A DNA stretch of 64,000 nucleotides from Bianquea renquensis (GCF_014384895.1 NZ_JACRSQ010000001.1:99493-163492); one strand, 5' to 3'. Positions 19,190 through 29,726 are shown, numbered from the stretch's first letter. Numbers and translations: made by a program. The notes: generated from the sequence alone by a model not told the origin.

Positions 19190-19992
19190 GGTACATGGGG
19201 TTGGATTTTGGCGCGAAGACCGTGGGGGTAGCCCTCAGTGATCCGTCTGGTCTTATTGCCAGCCCGCTGGAGACCATCCATAGAGCGGAGGAGGAGAATC
19301 TAAAGGCGACGATTCGAAGGATCTGTCAGCTGGTTAAAGAGTTTGAAGTTGGCGCTGTCGTCCTTGGATTTCCAAAAAATATGAATAATACCCTTGGGCC
19401 TCGAGCGGAAAAGACCCAGGCGTTTCAGAGACGGCTTAACAGAGATCTATATCAGGTGGAGGTCACCTTGTGGGACGAGCGCCTCAGCACCAGGGCCGCA
19501 GAGTCTGTATTGCAGATGGCGGATATGGGAGATAGGCGTCAGCGGAAGCAGTACGTCGACAAGATGGCCGCTGCCTACATTCTCCAGGGATATTTAGATT
19601 CTCTGCACAATAAAAAACAAAGTGAGAAAGGACATGATAGGATGGAAGAGGAGATCAAAGTTATCACGCTGTATGATCCGGTTGAGCAGGCTTGCATTGA
19701 GATGGAGGTCATCGACGAGATGGAGTATGACGGCGGCATGTATCTGTTGGCGGCGGAATTTGATGACGAGATGGAAATGGAAGACGGGGAAGAACTGGAC
19801 GAGGAGGACGAAGATTCCGATACCGCATATATTTTCAAAGTCTGCCCGGAAGCGGATTCAGAGTACAAAGTGATGGCGGACGATGTGGAAGAGTACTTTG
19901 TGACCACAGCGCTGACGGAAGAAGAATTTCACAGTGTGGCGCAGCAGTTCATGGAGTCCGAAGACTATGACCTTGAAGAAGAGGACGAATAG
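19186..19992 (+). CDS. ruvX: Holliday-junction resolvase-like RuvX (YqgF) fused in frame to a DUF1292 acidic domain
   Basis: The N-terminal 140 aa are RuvX (MGLDFGAKTVGVALSD.., ..AAAYILQGYLDS). The frame continues without a stop into a DUF1292-like acidic segment (MEEEIKVITLYDPVEQ..EYDGGMYLLAAEFDDE..), which is a separate gene (yrzB) in Bacillus. Confidence 0.75.
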   Translation: MRYMGLDFGAKTVGVALSDPSGLIASPLETIHRAEEENLKATIRRICQLVKEFEVGAVVLGFPKNMNNTLGPRAEKTQAFQRRLNRDLYQVEVTLWDERLSTRAAESVLQMADMGDRRQRKQYVDKMAAAYILQGYLDSLHNKKQSEKGHDRMEEEIKVITLYDPVEQACIEMEVIDEMEYDGGMYLLAAEFDDEMEMEDGEELDEEDEDSDTAYIFKVCPEADSEYKVMADDVEEYFVTTALTEEEFHSVAQQFMESEDYDLEEEDE

Positions 19993-20249
19993 GATTCGAC
20001 AGAGAATGCAGTCCGTATACTAGTTTGCCTGCTGCCGAGGGGCTTCTTCCGCGCGGAGCACATGGCGCGCGAGAGGCAAGCGGTGGACGCCGCATGATTT
20101 CTGATTGGGTCGGGACCCAAAGGTTTGGATGGATGAATGAGTTGAGACCAATACTAGCGCTTCTCCGGCAGGGAGAAGAACATGACAGGAGCATCCAGTA
20201 CCGGCGCAGGCGTGAATTACGATATATTAGAAAGAGGAGCGAGTAAGCC

Positions 20250-21914
20250 TTGGCATACAAAGTAAAGAGAAAGAAAGTTAGAATTATTCCATTGGGAGGA
20301 TTGGACCAGATTGGCCAAAATATGACGCTGGTCGAATGTGAAGATGAAATTTTGATTATTGATTGCGGTCTGGCATTTCCCGAGAACGAGATGCTGGGAA
20401 TTGATTTGATTATCCCGAATTTTGAATATCTTCGAAAGAATAAAGAAAAGATACGCGGAGTTGTGTTGACACATGGACACGAGGACCACATCGGAGCTCT
20501 GCCGTATTTTCTGAAAGAATTCTCCGTGCCGGTATACGGGACGAGGTTGACCGTAGGGCTAGTGGAAAATAAACTGAAAGAGTTCAACTTGAAGCGGTAC
20601 AGCATGACGACGGTAAAGCCTGGGGACGTGATTACGCTGGGCAGCTTTAAGGTGGAGTTCATCAGGACCAACCATAGCATCGGCGATGCGGTGGCGCTGG
20701 CGATTACCACGCCGGCAGGAGTTCTGGTTCATACGGGAGACTTTAAAGTTGACTATACGCCAATCCACGGCGATATGATTGATTTACAGCGTTTTGCCGA
20801 TCTGGGACGCCGCCGGGTTTTAGCCCTCATGTCAGACAGCACCAACGCGGAGCGCAAAGGCTATACCATGTCCGAGCGCTCGGTGGGGAAGACCTTTACT
20901 GAGATGTTTCCCCATGCGCCAGGACGAATTTTGGTGGCGACCTTTGCCTCCAATGTTGACCGGGTTCAACAGATAATCGATGCCGCTGCAAAATATGAGC
21001 GCAAGGTCGTGATTGTGGGGCGGAGCATGGTTAACGTGGTCAACACCGCGATTGAACTTGGGTATTTGGAAGTTCCGGAGGGTCTTATCATTGATATCGG
21101 GGATGTTCGGGACTATGCGGACGAAGAGCTGGTCATCATCACGACGGGGAGCCAGGGAGAGCCAATGGCTGCGCTGTCGCGCATGGCCTCCGGCGAGCAC
21201 CGGAATATTGAGATCAAACAGGGGGACACGGTGATCTTCAGCTCGAAGCCTGTCCCAGGAAATGAGAAGACGGTGTCGAAGGTGATCAACGATCTCATGA
21301 GCCGCGGGGCGGAGGTCACCTATGAGGACGCCCATGTGTCCGGCCATGCCAGCCAGGAAGAGCTGAAGCTGATCTACAGCCTGGTAAAGCCAAAGTATTT
21401 TATACCGGTTCACGGTGAATTCCGTCACCTGAAAAGCCATGCGGATCTGATCACGGATCTGGGCCACGATGGGAGAAATTCGTTTATTCTCCACAATGGC
21501 AATATTCTGGAGTTGGATAGCTACTCCGGTAAGATTACGGGGGAGATCGATGTCGAACCTGTGCTGGTGGATGGCTTGGGAGTTGGCGACGTGGGCAATA
21601 TCGTGTTGCGCGACCGGAAGCATCTATCGGAGGACGGCTTGATGGTGGTGGTCATGACGCTGAAACATCAGACGGGACAGCTGGTCGCCGGACCGGATAT
21701 TGTATCGCGGGGATTCGTCTACGTTCGGGAATCAGAGAATCTTATGGATGGCTGCCGCAATGTGGTCATCAAAACCTTCGAGCGCTGTAAAGAACAGCGG
21801 GTCAATGACTGGAGCAGCATCAAGAATGAGATTCGCGATAATCTCCGCGACCATCTGTGGCGGGAAATTAAGCGAAGCCCCATGATTCTGCCGATTATTA
21901 TGGAAGTTCGATGA
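20250..21914 (+). CDS. rnj: Ribonuclease J
   Basis: Beta-lactamase/beta-CASP motifs (VLTHGHEDHIG, ..HVSGHASQEEL..) and a C-terminal domain. A TTG start follows RBS AAAGAGGAG. Confidence 0.9.
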   Translation: MAYKVKRKKVRIIPLGGLDQIGQNMTLVECEDEILIIDCGLAFPENEMLGIDLIIPNFEYLRKNKEKIRGVVLTHGHEDHIGALPYFLKEFSVPVYGTRLTVGLVENKLKEFNLKRYSMTTVKPGDVITLGSFKVEFIRTNHSIGDAVALAITTPAGVLVHTGDFKVDYTPIHGDMIDLQRFADLGRRRVLALMSDSTNAERKGYTMSERSVGKTFTEMFPHAPGRILVATFASNVDRVQQIIDAAAKYERKVVIVGRSMVNVVNTAIELGYLEVPEGLIIDIGDVRDYADEELVIITTGSQGEPMAALSRMASGEHRNIEIKQGDTVIFSSKPVPGNEKTVSKVINDLMSRGAEVTYEDAHVSGHASQEELKLIYSLVKPKYFIPVHGEFRHLKSHADLITDLGHDGRNSFILHNGNILELDSYSGKITGEIDVEPVLVDGLGVGDVGNIVLRDRKHLSEDGLMVVVMTLKHQTGQLVAGPDIVSRGFVYVRESENLMDGCRNVVIKTFERCKEQRVNDWSSIKNEIRDNLRDHLWREIKRSPMILPIIMEVR

Positions 21915-21960
21915 CGCAATTCGCAGCCAGCAATTTACGACTGCGGATGCAGGGTAAAGG

Positions 21961-23061
21961 ATGATAGGAATGGATTATCTCAATAAGATACTGGCTTGGA
22001 TCGCCAGAAATTTGAAAAAGGGGATTGCGCTGGTGGCGGTGGTGGTCTGCATTGCCCTGGCGACGATGTTCGCCTACGATCTGGCGTACAACTTTATTCG
22101 GAAAGATGAAAATGTGGCATATGATTCCGATGGAGAGAAGGTCACGCTGACCATTCAAAAAGGCGCGAAGTGTAAAGAGATCGCGGAGCTTTTGGAGAAG
22201 GAAGGCATCATTGAGGATTCCATGGCATTTCGTCTGAGAGCAAAGCTAAATGGAGCGGAGAACAATTTCCAGTATGGCACCTACGCGTTTGTCAAAAATA
22301 TGCCGGACACGGTGGTTATGGAAGAGCTGCAGGCAGGAACTAAGGTGGAGGGAACTCGAATCACCTTGGTGGAGGGCTGGAGCATCGCGCAGATGGGGGC
22401 ATATCTGGAGGAAAAGGAAATCTGTCTGAAAGAAGAGTTCATTGAGGCTTGCAACAAGACCACATACAATTTCGACTACTACGAAGGGCTTGATGATGCG
22501 GGTGAGCGGCGCAATCTTCTTGAGGGGTATCTCTTTCCGGAGACCTACGATGTGATCCCACAAAATGGCGCGGAAGGTGTTGTCAAGCGCCTGCTTCGGC
22601 AATTTGAGAAGGAATTTGAACCCGGATGGGTGACGAAGGCGGAGAGCATGGGCTATACGGTGGATGAGATCGTGACCATCGCGTCCATCATTGAGAAGGA
22701 AGCTAGGAATGACGATGAGGAGCGAAAAAATGTCGCCTCTGTCATTTACAACCGCTTAAATTCAGGGATGAAGCTACAGATTGATGCCACGGTTCTATAC
22801 GCCCAGGGGCGAGACGGCGAGAGCGTCGATAAGGTGTACAATGTGGATCTGGAGTACGATTCACCGTACAATACGTACCTCTATGAGGGTCTACCGCCAG
22901 GCCCTATCTGTAACCCCAGCCGCAAGGCCATCATCGCAGCGCTAAATCCCAATACGACGGAGTATCTGTATTATGTATTGGACTCAACGACGAATCAACA
23001 TTTCTTCACGAGCAGCTATGACGAGTTTTTGGCTGTCAAGAATGGCGGATCTGCGGGATAA
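21961..23061 (+). CDS. mltG: Endolytic murein transglycosylase MltG (YceG-like)
   Basis: N-terminal TM anchor and a YceG domain (..EGYLFPETYD.., ..GLPPGPICNP..). Confidence 0.85.
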   Translation: MIGMDYLNKILAWIARNLKKGIALVAVVVCIALATMFAYDLAYNFIRKDENVAYDSDGEKVTLTIQKGAKCKEIAELLEKEGIIEDSMAFRLRAKLNGAENNFQYGTYAFVKNMPDTVVMEELQAGTKVEGTRITLVEGWSIAQMGAYLEEKEICLKEEFIEACNKTTYNFDYYEGLDDAGERRNLLEGYLFPETYDVIPQNGAEGVVKRLLRQFEKEFEPGWVTKAESMGYTVDEIVTIASIIEKEARNDDEERKNVASVIYNRLNSGMKLQIDATVLYAQGRDGESVDKVYNVDLEYDSPYNTYLYEGLPPGPICNPSRKAIIAALNPNTTEYLYYVLDSTTNQHFFTSSYDEFLAVKNGGSAG

Positions 23062-23073
23062 TGGAGAGAAAGA

Positions 23074-23745
23074 ATGCTTGAAAATGATATAACGCCGTCG
23101 TATATCCTGCAATATATTCGAGGGATAACGCCGGCGGCGGACGACCTGTCGGCGGCGGTGGAGGAGCGCTGCCGCCGGGAAGAGGTTCCGATACTCGACG
23201 AAGAAGTGAAGTCGTTGCTTCGTTTCCTGCTTCTGTTAAAGCCTCCGAGGCGGATCCTGGAGGTGGGAACGGCATACGGCTTTTCTTCTATTTTTATGAG
23301 TCAATTTGTGGCTCCGGAGGGGCATATCGATACAATTGAGCGAAACCCAGCGATGTGGAGGAAGGCGAAGCCCAATATCCAGAGCGCGGGGCTGGAGAAT
23401 ACCATTACGCTGCACATCGGCCATGCCCAGGAAATCCTGCCAACCCTGACAGGGCCATACGAGGTGATCTTGCTTGATGCGTCCATGGGACAATACGGGC
23501 TTTTCTGGGAGGAAATTAAACGGTTGCTGTGCCCTGGAGGATGGCTCCTGGCGGATAATGTGCTACACAGTGGAATGACAGCGAAACCAAGGCTGGAGAT
23601 TCCGCGGCGGCAACGCACAATTCACAGCCGGTTACAGGCATTTCTGCGGACTGTCCTCGTGGACGAAGAGTTTGCCTCCAGCCTGCTGCCCATAGGGGAT
23701 GGGGTGCTGTTATCGCTGAAACAGATGAGGGGGAGCGAGGAATGA
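23074..23745 (+). CDS. Class I SAM-dependent O-methyltransferase (YrrM-like)
   Basis: SAM-binding ILEVGTAYGFSS motif and the caffeoyl-CoA-OMT-like fold. The mltG-yrrM-U32 synteny matches Bacillus yrrL-yrrM-yrrN/O. Confidence 0.7.
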   Translation: MLENDITPSYILQYIRGITPAADDLSAAVEERCRREEVPILDEEVKSLLRFLLLLKPPRRILEVGTAYGFSSIFMSQFVAPEGHIDTIERNPAMWRKAKPNIQSAGLENTITLHIGHAQEILPTLTGPYEVILLDASMGQYGLFWEEIKRLLCPGGWLLADNVLHSGMTAKPRLEIPRRQRTIHSRLQAFLRTVLVDEEFASSLLPIGDGVLLSLKQMRGSEE

Positions 23746-24986
23746 TGGGAGGACAACCGGAATTGCTGTCGCCTGCCGGCAGCCTGGAAGCGCTGAAAAC
23801 AGCGGTTCTGTATGGTGCCAACGCCGTATACATAGGCGGTATGGAGTATGGGCTTCGGGCGAAGGCCAAAAATTTTACAAGGGAGCAGATGCAGGAGGGA
23901 ATCGACTTTGCGCATACGCGCGGGGTAAGGGTTCACGTTGCCGTTAACATCATCGCGCACAATCGCCATTTTGAAGGGTTGGCCGAGCATCTTCAGGAGT
24001 TGGAGGCGATGGGGGCGGATGCCATAATCGTAGCCGATGCGGGGATCCTTGAGGTGGCCCGGGCGGTGGTTCCCGATATGGAAATCCATCTTAGCACGCA
24101 GGCGAGCGCCACGAATTTCCGCGCCTTTCAGTTTTGGCACAGGCAGGGGGTGCGGCGGATCGTCGCGGCACGGGAGTTGACCCTGGCGGAGATCCGGCAG
24201 ATTCGGGAGCAGACGGCGGAGGAACTGGTGATGGAGGCTTTTGTCCACGGGGCCATGTGTGTGTCCATCTCGGGCCGATGCCTTCTCAGCAATTACTTCG
24301 CGCATCAGGATGCCAACCTTGGGGCCTGCGTTCACCCATGCCGCTGGAAATATGCCGTAATGGAGGAAAGCCGGCCTGGCGAGTATTTTCCGGTCCAGGA
24401 GGAAGAGGATGGGACGTACTTTTTTAACTCCAAGGATCTGTGCATGATCGAGTATATTCCCCAGATGGTAGAGGCTGGCATCGGGAGCTTTAAGATTGAG
24501 GGGCGAATGAAAACCCCTCTCTACGTCGCCATGGTGACGAAGGTATATCGGGAGGCCATTGACGCGTATATGGAGGACCCAGAACGATATCGGCAGCAGA
24601 TCCCATATTTCAAGGGCTTGCTATCCCTGGTAAGCCACCGCGGATACAGCACGGGCTTCTACCTCGGAGCTCCAGGACCGGAGGAACAGGTGTACCATGA
24701 GAGCGCATACACAAAAAGCAGAAGTTTTGCAGCCAAAACTCTGATGTATGATCCCCGTTCCAAGCGGGCTCTTGTAGAACAGCGGGGAAAGTTCAGCGAG
24801 GGGGAGACCGTGGAGATTCTTCTCCCCAAGGGAGAGCCGATTCCATTCAACGTGGAGGACTTGCGGGATCAAGAAGGTGAACCGATTGCAAGTGCGCCAC
24901 ACGCACAGCAGACGGTTTCGCTGAGGGTTCCGGTGGAGATTCCAGTGGGTGCGATTCTGATGAAAGAGGTGGAATCCTCGCGCTGA
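23742..24986 (+). CDS. Peptidase U32 family protein (collagenase-like, YrrO/YegQ-type)
   Basis: 414 aa with U32 signature regions (..ELLSPAGSLEALK.., ..EAFVHGAMCVSISGRCLLS..). Start overlaps the upstream stop. Confidence 0.8.
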   Translation: MMGGQPELLSPAGSLEALKTAVLYGANAVYIGGMEYGLRAKAKNFTREQMQEGIDFAHTRGVRVHVAVNIIAHNRHFEGLAEHLQELEAMGADAIIVADAGILEVARAVVPDMEIHLSTQASATNFRAFQFWHRQGVRRIVAARELTLAEIRQIREQTAEELVMEAFVHGAMCVSISGRCLLSNYFAHQDANLGACVHPCRWKYAVMEESRPGEYFPVQEEEDGTYFFNSKDLCMIEYIPQMVEAGIGSFKIEGRMKTPLYVAMVTKVYREAIDAYMEDPERYRQQIPYFKGLLSLVSHRGYSTGFYLGAPGPEEQVYHESAYTKSRSFAAKTLMYDPRSKRALVEQRGKFSEGETVEILLPKGEPIPFNVEDLRDQEGEPIASAPHAQQTVSLRVPVEIPVGAILMKEVESSR

Positions 24987-25073
24987 TTCTGAAAGAAAGG
25001 ACACAGGGAAAGGCACTATTTCTGCCGGCGCAACATATAGTATAGCAAAGTCGGCAGAAGAGGTGCTTTTTTT

Positions 25074-25787
25074 ATGTGGATTTTTTTGCTTTTTCAGGTG
25101 ACCTTCCTTGCGTGCTATCTGGCGGGTACGTCAACATTTCAAAAACCATTGTCACCGGAGGAGGAAGAGTATTATCTTAAGCGGTATAAAGAAGGAGACA
25201 AAAAGGCAAGAACAATCTTGATCGAACGAAATATGCGACTTGTTGCGCATATAGTAAGAAAATATTCGGCATCGGCGGGGCGCTGGGAGACGGACGACCT
25301 AATATCCGTTGGCGCCATCGGACTCATCAAAGGAATCGAAACCTTTGATCCAGACAAAAAGGCAAAATTAAGCACATATCTGGCAAAGTGTGTGGAAAAT
25401 GAATTGCTGATGCTGCTCCGCTCCGATAAAAAGACGAAGCAGGAGGTGTCGCTGCAAGACCCTATTGGGCAGGATAAGGAGGGCAATACGATTACACTGA
25501 TCGATGTGCTAGAAGACAGCGATGATACGATTATGGAGCGAGTGGACTATAAGATGAGCCAGGGAAAGTTATATCAGGCGGTGAATAAGGTCTTGACAGG
25601 GAGGGAGCGGGAGGTCATCATAATGCGCTATGGACTTGCGGGGAAAACCCCTATGACGCAGCGCGAGGTAGCGAAAGTGCTAGACATCTCCAGATCCTAT
25701 GTCAGCCGAATTGAAAAGAAAGCCATCCAGAAGCTTAGCCGGGAGATGACAGGTCAGGTCATTGAGTGGGTCGATGAGGAACTGTAA
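25074..25787 (+). CDS. sigK: Sporulation sigma factor, most likely pro-sigma-K (uninterrupted)
   Basis: Hydrophobic pro-sequence MWIFLLFQVTFLACYLAG then FQKPLSPEEEEYYL..ILIERNMRLVAHIVRKY (regions 2.x), ..CVENELLMLLR.. and a region-4 HTH. SigE cannot be fully excluded from sequence alone. Confidence 0.7.
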   Translation: MWIFLLFQVTFLACYLAGTSTFQKPLSPEEEEYYLKRYKEGDKKARTILIERNMRLVAHIVRKYSASAGRWETDDLISVGAIGLIKGIETFDPDKKAKLSTYLAKCVENELLMLLRSDKKTKQEVSLQDPIGQDKEGNTITLIDVLEDSDDTIMERVDYKMSQGKLYQAVNKVLTGREREVIIMRYGLAGKTPMTQREVAKVLDISRSYVSRIEKKAIQKLSREMTGQVIEWVDEEL

Positions 25788-25904
25788 TGGGATTTATTTC
25801 CAGGGAAATAATGGGAATCATGCAATGCTTGAATTTTCGGGTGGGGTGTGGTAGAATTTAGAAAAGTTTGTCCAAAATACAAATCGAGTATGAAGGAGGC
25901 ACTT

Positions 25905-27629
25905 ATGATTCCGAGAAGTGAGTATCCACGTCCACAGTTTCAGCGGGAAGAATCCAGCTGGCAGTGTTTAAATGGACCTTGGCAGTTTGCCTTTGATTTT
26001 GGAAACAGTGGCATTGATAGGAAGCTGTATATGCCGGAAGCAGAATTTGACCGGGAGATTGTCGTCCCCTTTTGTCCAGAGTCCAGGCTGTCCGGAGTTG
26101 AGTACAAAGATTTTATCAGCGCAGTCTGGTACCGGAGGACCATTAGGATTGCCAAGGCGCAGCTGGAGAACCGTGTGCTGCTTCATTTTGGGGCGGTAGA
26201 CTATCACGCAATCGTCTATGTCAACGGAGAAAAGGCAGGTGAGCACAGAGGCGGCTATGTGTCATTTTCTTTTGATATAACCGCGCTGCTCAGAGAAGGG
26301 GAGAATCTCCTTGTGGTCTACGCTGAGGATGATAACCGCCATGGATTGCAGCCCAAGGGAAAGCAGAGCTCCCTTTTCCACTCCCATGGATGCGATTATA
26401 CGAGGACTACGGGAATATGGCAGACGGTCTGGCTTGAATTTGTGCCGAAAACATATCTGAAATCTGTGAAAACCCAGAGCGACTATCGCAATCGGACGGT
26501 GACCTTTACAGCGGCTATGGCAGGTCAGGAGGCAGACGCAACGCTGAGGGCGTGCATCTCCTTCGAAGGTTGCGTGCAGAAAGAGGTGGAGGTAGCACTG
26601 AATACGGGTAAGACCACGTTCACTGTAGAGCTTGACGCGGTGAAGCTATGGGATGTTGGGCAGCCCAATTTATACGACGTAACGTACACGCTGTATGTAA
26701 AGGGAACCGCTGTGGACACGGTGGCAGGCTATTTTGGAGTGCGCACAGTGGAACTCAGGGACCACGCCATCTATTTAAATGGGCGTCCCGTCTTTCAGCG
26801 TTTAATTCTGGATCAAGGGTTTTATCCAGACGGAATCTATACAGCGCCTACCGACGAGGCTTTGCGCAGGGACATTGAGCTATCCATGGAATTGGGCTTC
26901 AATGGCGCGCGGCTCCATCAAAAGGTGTTCGAGGAGCGATTCCTGTACTGGGCCGATCATATGGGATATCTGGTATGGGGTGAACATGCCAGCTGGGGGC
27001 TGGATCTCCATAAGATGGAGAATCTGGCGAATTTCGGGGCGGAATGGATGGAGATTGTGGAGCGGGATTTCAATCATCCGGCGATTGTGGGATGGTGCCC
27101 TTTCAATGAGACGTGGGGCGGTCAAGATCCAAGACTTCTTCAGATGATGTATGCCATCACAAAAGCCATGGACACCACCCGGCCGGTCATCGATACCAGC
27201 GGCAATTATCATGTGGTGACGGACATCTATGACATCCATGACTATGAGCAGGATGTGGATATATTTGCCCAGCGATATGGCGCCGTCACGCGGGAGAAGG
27301 TCTACGACAAATTTGAAAAACAGCAATACTATGAAGGGCAACCCTATTTTATCAGCGAGTATGGCGGCGCCTCCTGGAATGCGTCAGAGGGGTGGGGCTA
27401 TGGAAGCGCGCCTAAGACGGAAGAAGAATTTATGCAGCGGTACGCGGGGCTGACGACAGCTCTCATGACCAATGAAGCGATCTGCGCTTTCTGTTACACC
27501 CAGCTTACGGATGTAGAGCAGGAGCAGAATGGATTGTACCAGTACGACCGGTCGAAAAAATTCAGCGACGCCGTGTATCAGGCGATACGGGACACCAACC
27601 GGCAGACGGCGGCGATTGAGAGGCGGTAG
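25905..27629 (+). CDS. Glycoside hydrolase family 2 protein (beta-galactosidase/beta-glucuronidase-like)
   Basis: GH2-typical pattern ..NGRPVF..G.......DEALRRDIELSMELGFNGARLHQKVFEERFLYWADHMGYLVWGE.. with sugar-binding and TIM-barrel regions. Start ATG 25905 follows RBS GAAGGAGG. Confidence 0.7.
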   Translation: MIPRSEYPRPQFQREESSWQCLNGPWQFAFDFGNSGIDRKLYMPEAEFDREIVVPFCPESRLSGVEYKDFISAVWYRRTIRIAKAQLENRVLLHFGAVDYHAIVYVNGEKAGEHRGGYVSFSFDITALLREGENLLVVYAEDDNRHGLQPKGKQSSLFHSHGCDYTRTTGIWQTVWLEFVPKTYLKSVKTQSDYRNRTVTFTAAMAGQEADATLRACISFEGCVQKEVEVALNTGKTTFTVELDAVKLWDVGQPNLYDVTYTLYVKGTAVDTVAGYFGVRTVELRDHAIYLNGRPVFQRLILDQGFYPDGIYTAPTDEALRRDIELSMELGFNGARLHQKVFEERFLYWADHMGYLVWGEHASWGLDLHKMENLANFGAEWMEIVERDFNHPAIVGWCPFNETWGGQDPRLLQMMYAITKAMDTTRPVIDTSGNYHVVTDIYDIHDYEQDVDIFAQRYGAVTREKVYDKFEKQQYYEGQPYFISEYGGASWNASEGWGYGSAPKTEEEFMQRYAGLTTALMTNEAICAFCYTQLTDVEQEQNGLYQYDRSKKFSDAVYQAIRDTNRQTAAIERR

Positions 27630-27659
27630 GAGACCCTTTGGTCCCTCTCGCGGCGGATA

Positions 27660-27694
27660 TGATAAAAACTCCATGGACTCCATGGAGTTTTCGT
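27660..27694. terminator. Bidirectional rho-independent terminator (GH2 gene and histidine kinase gene converge)
   Basis: Perfect 12-bp stem AAAACTCCATGG/CCATGGAGTTTT with T-tracts on both strands. Confidence 0.7.
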
Positions 27695-27700
27695 CTGCAA

Positions 27701-29023
27701 TCAGCCCATAACCGGCAGCAACAGTTCAAAGCGATAGTCTCCGTGGCTTGTCGTGCTGGTACAGCTGCCCTCGTGGCGTCTGGCAATGATTTGACAGGTT
27801 TTCACGCCGATACCGGAGCTATCCCGGACAATGGCGGTTTTGCGGATGGCATTGCTTTGTATAATGTGCAGCATCTGATTCTGCACGTAGATCTTTAGAC
27901 GAATCGGCGTCTCTGTAGCCGCGTATTTGACCGCATTGGAACAGAGATTATCAAAGACACGGCGCAGTTGATGAATGTCAGCTTTGAGTTTAAATGCGGT
28001 TTCAATGGAATCCTGAAAGTCCACTGTAAAATGTTGGTCCTCCAGCAGATAGATATATTCGGAGACGAGCTGTCCAACCAGCTCATTCCCATCCACGGTT
28101 TCATACTGAAATGGAATCGCTTCATTGGATGCCAGTGTGTGTTCAAAGAGATTATCCGCCATCTCTTTCATTTGATAGGCTTTGTCCCGGGCCTTGTGGA
28201 GATAGTCCTCCATTTTTTGAGGACTGTCATAGCGCTTGTCGCTGATCAGATCCAGATAACAGATGACCGAGGTGAGCGGCGTGCGGATGTCGTGGGAGAG
28301 AGACGTGACGATTTGACTTTTTTCTTGTTTTAACGATTCCTCTGCCTCTAAACGCTCATATAACGCCTGGCTCATGTTGTTGATGCTGACGGCGAGGGAG
28401 GCGAGCTCATCTTTTCCGCGGACGGGGATCTGATATTCAAGACTTCCCGTCTCGATGATCTTCAGACCTTTTTCAATGATTTTGATATAGCGAATTTTAT
28501 GATGTAGTAGCAATATAAATACAAGAATAAAAATAATGAATCCAAGGATCAGGATGCCCATGCGCAGGGCGGTTTTAAAGAGAAGAGAATAGTACACCGT
28601 GATATTCGCTTGAATGGTCCTATCTTTAAAGATAAGAGGGTACCCGCCGTCTTTCGAGTACGACAGAAAGGGGCGAGTCTGAGAATTCTGCCCGGAGGGG
28701 CTGCGCATTTCCGTATCATAGAACACACGTCCCTCCACATATAGCTTTAAATAGACATAGGGATGCTCATTATTCCATGTGCGAATGCTGTCGCTGTCCT
28801 CAGTGGTCAGCTCGTTCTCGTTGATGTAGCTCTGTAGACGCTTTAGAATCTGTAAGTCACGTTTTTGGGGGTGAATGGGCATGTCGATTGTGACGGTAAT
28901 GATCGCCTTGACGATGGCACCGCCTACGACTGCAACCCCGAAGGAGAGGAACAAATAGAAGATGATAACCAAGGAAAAACGGGAAAAGATAAGGGAAGGG
29001 CTGTGAGGTTTCAGCCTAGTCAA
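27701..29023 (-). CDS. Sensor histidine kinase (two TM helices, HisKA + HATPase_c)
   Basis: H-box ..LSHDIRTPLTSV.., an N/G-box region ..DNLCSNAVKYA.. and ..SGIGVK... The start overlaps the response-regulator stop; the ORF track gives a TTG start. Confidence 0.8.
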   Translation of the reverse strand: MTRLKPHSPSLIFSRFSLVIIFYLFLSFGVAVVGGAIVKAIITVTIDMPIHPQKRDLQILKRLQSYINENELTTEDSDSIRTWNNEHPYVYLKLYVEGRVFYDTEMRSPSGQNSQTRPFLSYSKDGGYPLIFKDRTIQANITVYYSLLFKTALRMGILILGFIIFILVFILLLHHKIRYIKIIEKGLKIIETGSLEYQIPVRGKDELASLAVSINNMSQALYERLEAEESLKQEKSQIVTSLSHDIRTPLTSVICYLDLISDKRYDSPQKMEDYLHKARDKAYQMKEMADNLFEHTLASNEAIPFQYETVDGNELVGQLVSEYIYLLEDQHFTVDFQDSIETAFKLKADIHQLRRVFDNLCSNAVKYAATETPIRLKIYVQNQMLHIIQSNAIRKTAIVRDSSGIGVKTCQIIARRHEGSCTSTTSHGDYRFELLLPVMG

Positions 29024-29726
29024 TGCAATACCCCTTTCCCCAGATGGTTTTGATGTACTGTGGATTTTTCGGATCCTGTTCTAGCTTCTTGCGAAGATTC
29101 CGGATGTGAACCATAATGGTGTTGTTGGCAGAATAGAAGTAAGGTTCTTCCCATATGCTTTCATACAGGTTTTCCGCTGAGAAGACTTTGTGCCGGTGTT
29201 GCAGCATAAGAATGAGAAGCCGGTATTCAATGTCCGTCAACGAGATGGGCCTGCCGCGGAGGAGGACTTCCTGAGAATCGAGATTGATGGAGAGCTCTCT
29301 GTAGGTCAGCAGGGTTTCCGTCTCAGGGGAGTTCACGGCCTTCCCCTGATAGACGTAGTAGCGTCTCAGCAGAGATTTCACCCGGAAGACAAGCTCCGCA
29401 TAGGAGAAAGGCTTGGCCAGATAGTCATCCGCACCGGCGGAGAAGCCTATAGTCTTATCGGAGTCATGAGTTTTCGCTGTCAGAAATAAAATCGGGGCCA
29501 TGGTCCGTTCCCGAATCTGTGCGCATGCGTGAAAGCCGGATTTGACCGGCATAACAACGTCGAGTATATAGAGGTCGATGGAGTCGTCCGCCAGATCCAC
29601 CGCCTCCTGTCCATTCGATGCCTTTACAACTTCATACCCTTCCCCGGTCAAGAGAATATCCACAATGTCGACAATCTCTTGATTGTCGTCTGCAACTAAA
29701 ATCCGTTTTTTCCCTTCGTCTCTCAT
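29016..29726 (-). CDS. OmpR-family response regulator (REC + winged-helix)
   Basis: ..KRILVADDNQEIVD.. receiver domain with a conserved Asp (..YILDVVMP..) and a C-terminal trans_reg_C. Start ATG 29726 follows RBS GGAGGG. Confidence 0.85.
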   Translation of the reverse strand: MRDEGKKRILVADDNQEIVDIVDILLTGEGYEVVKASNGQEAVDLADDSIDLYILDVVMPVKSGFHACAQIRERTMAPILFLTAKTHDSDKTIGFSAGADDYLAKPFSYAELVFRVKSLLRRYYVYQGKAVNSPETETLLTYRELSINLDSQEVLLRGRPISLTDIEYRLLILMLQHRHKVFSAENLYESIWEEPYFYSANNTIMVHIRNLRKKLEQDPKNPQYIKTIWGKGYCID

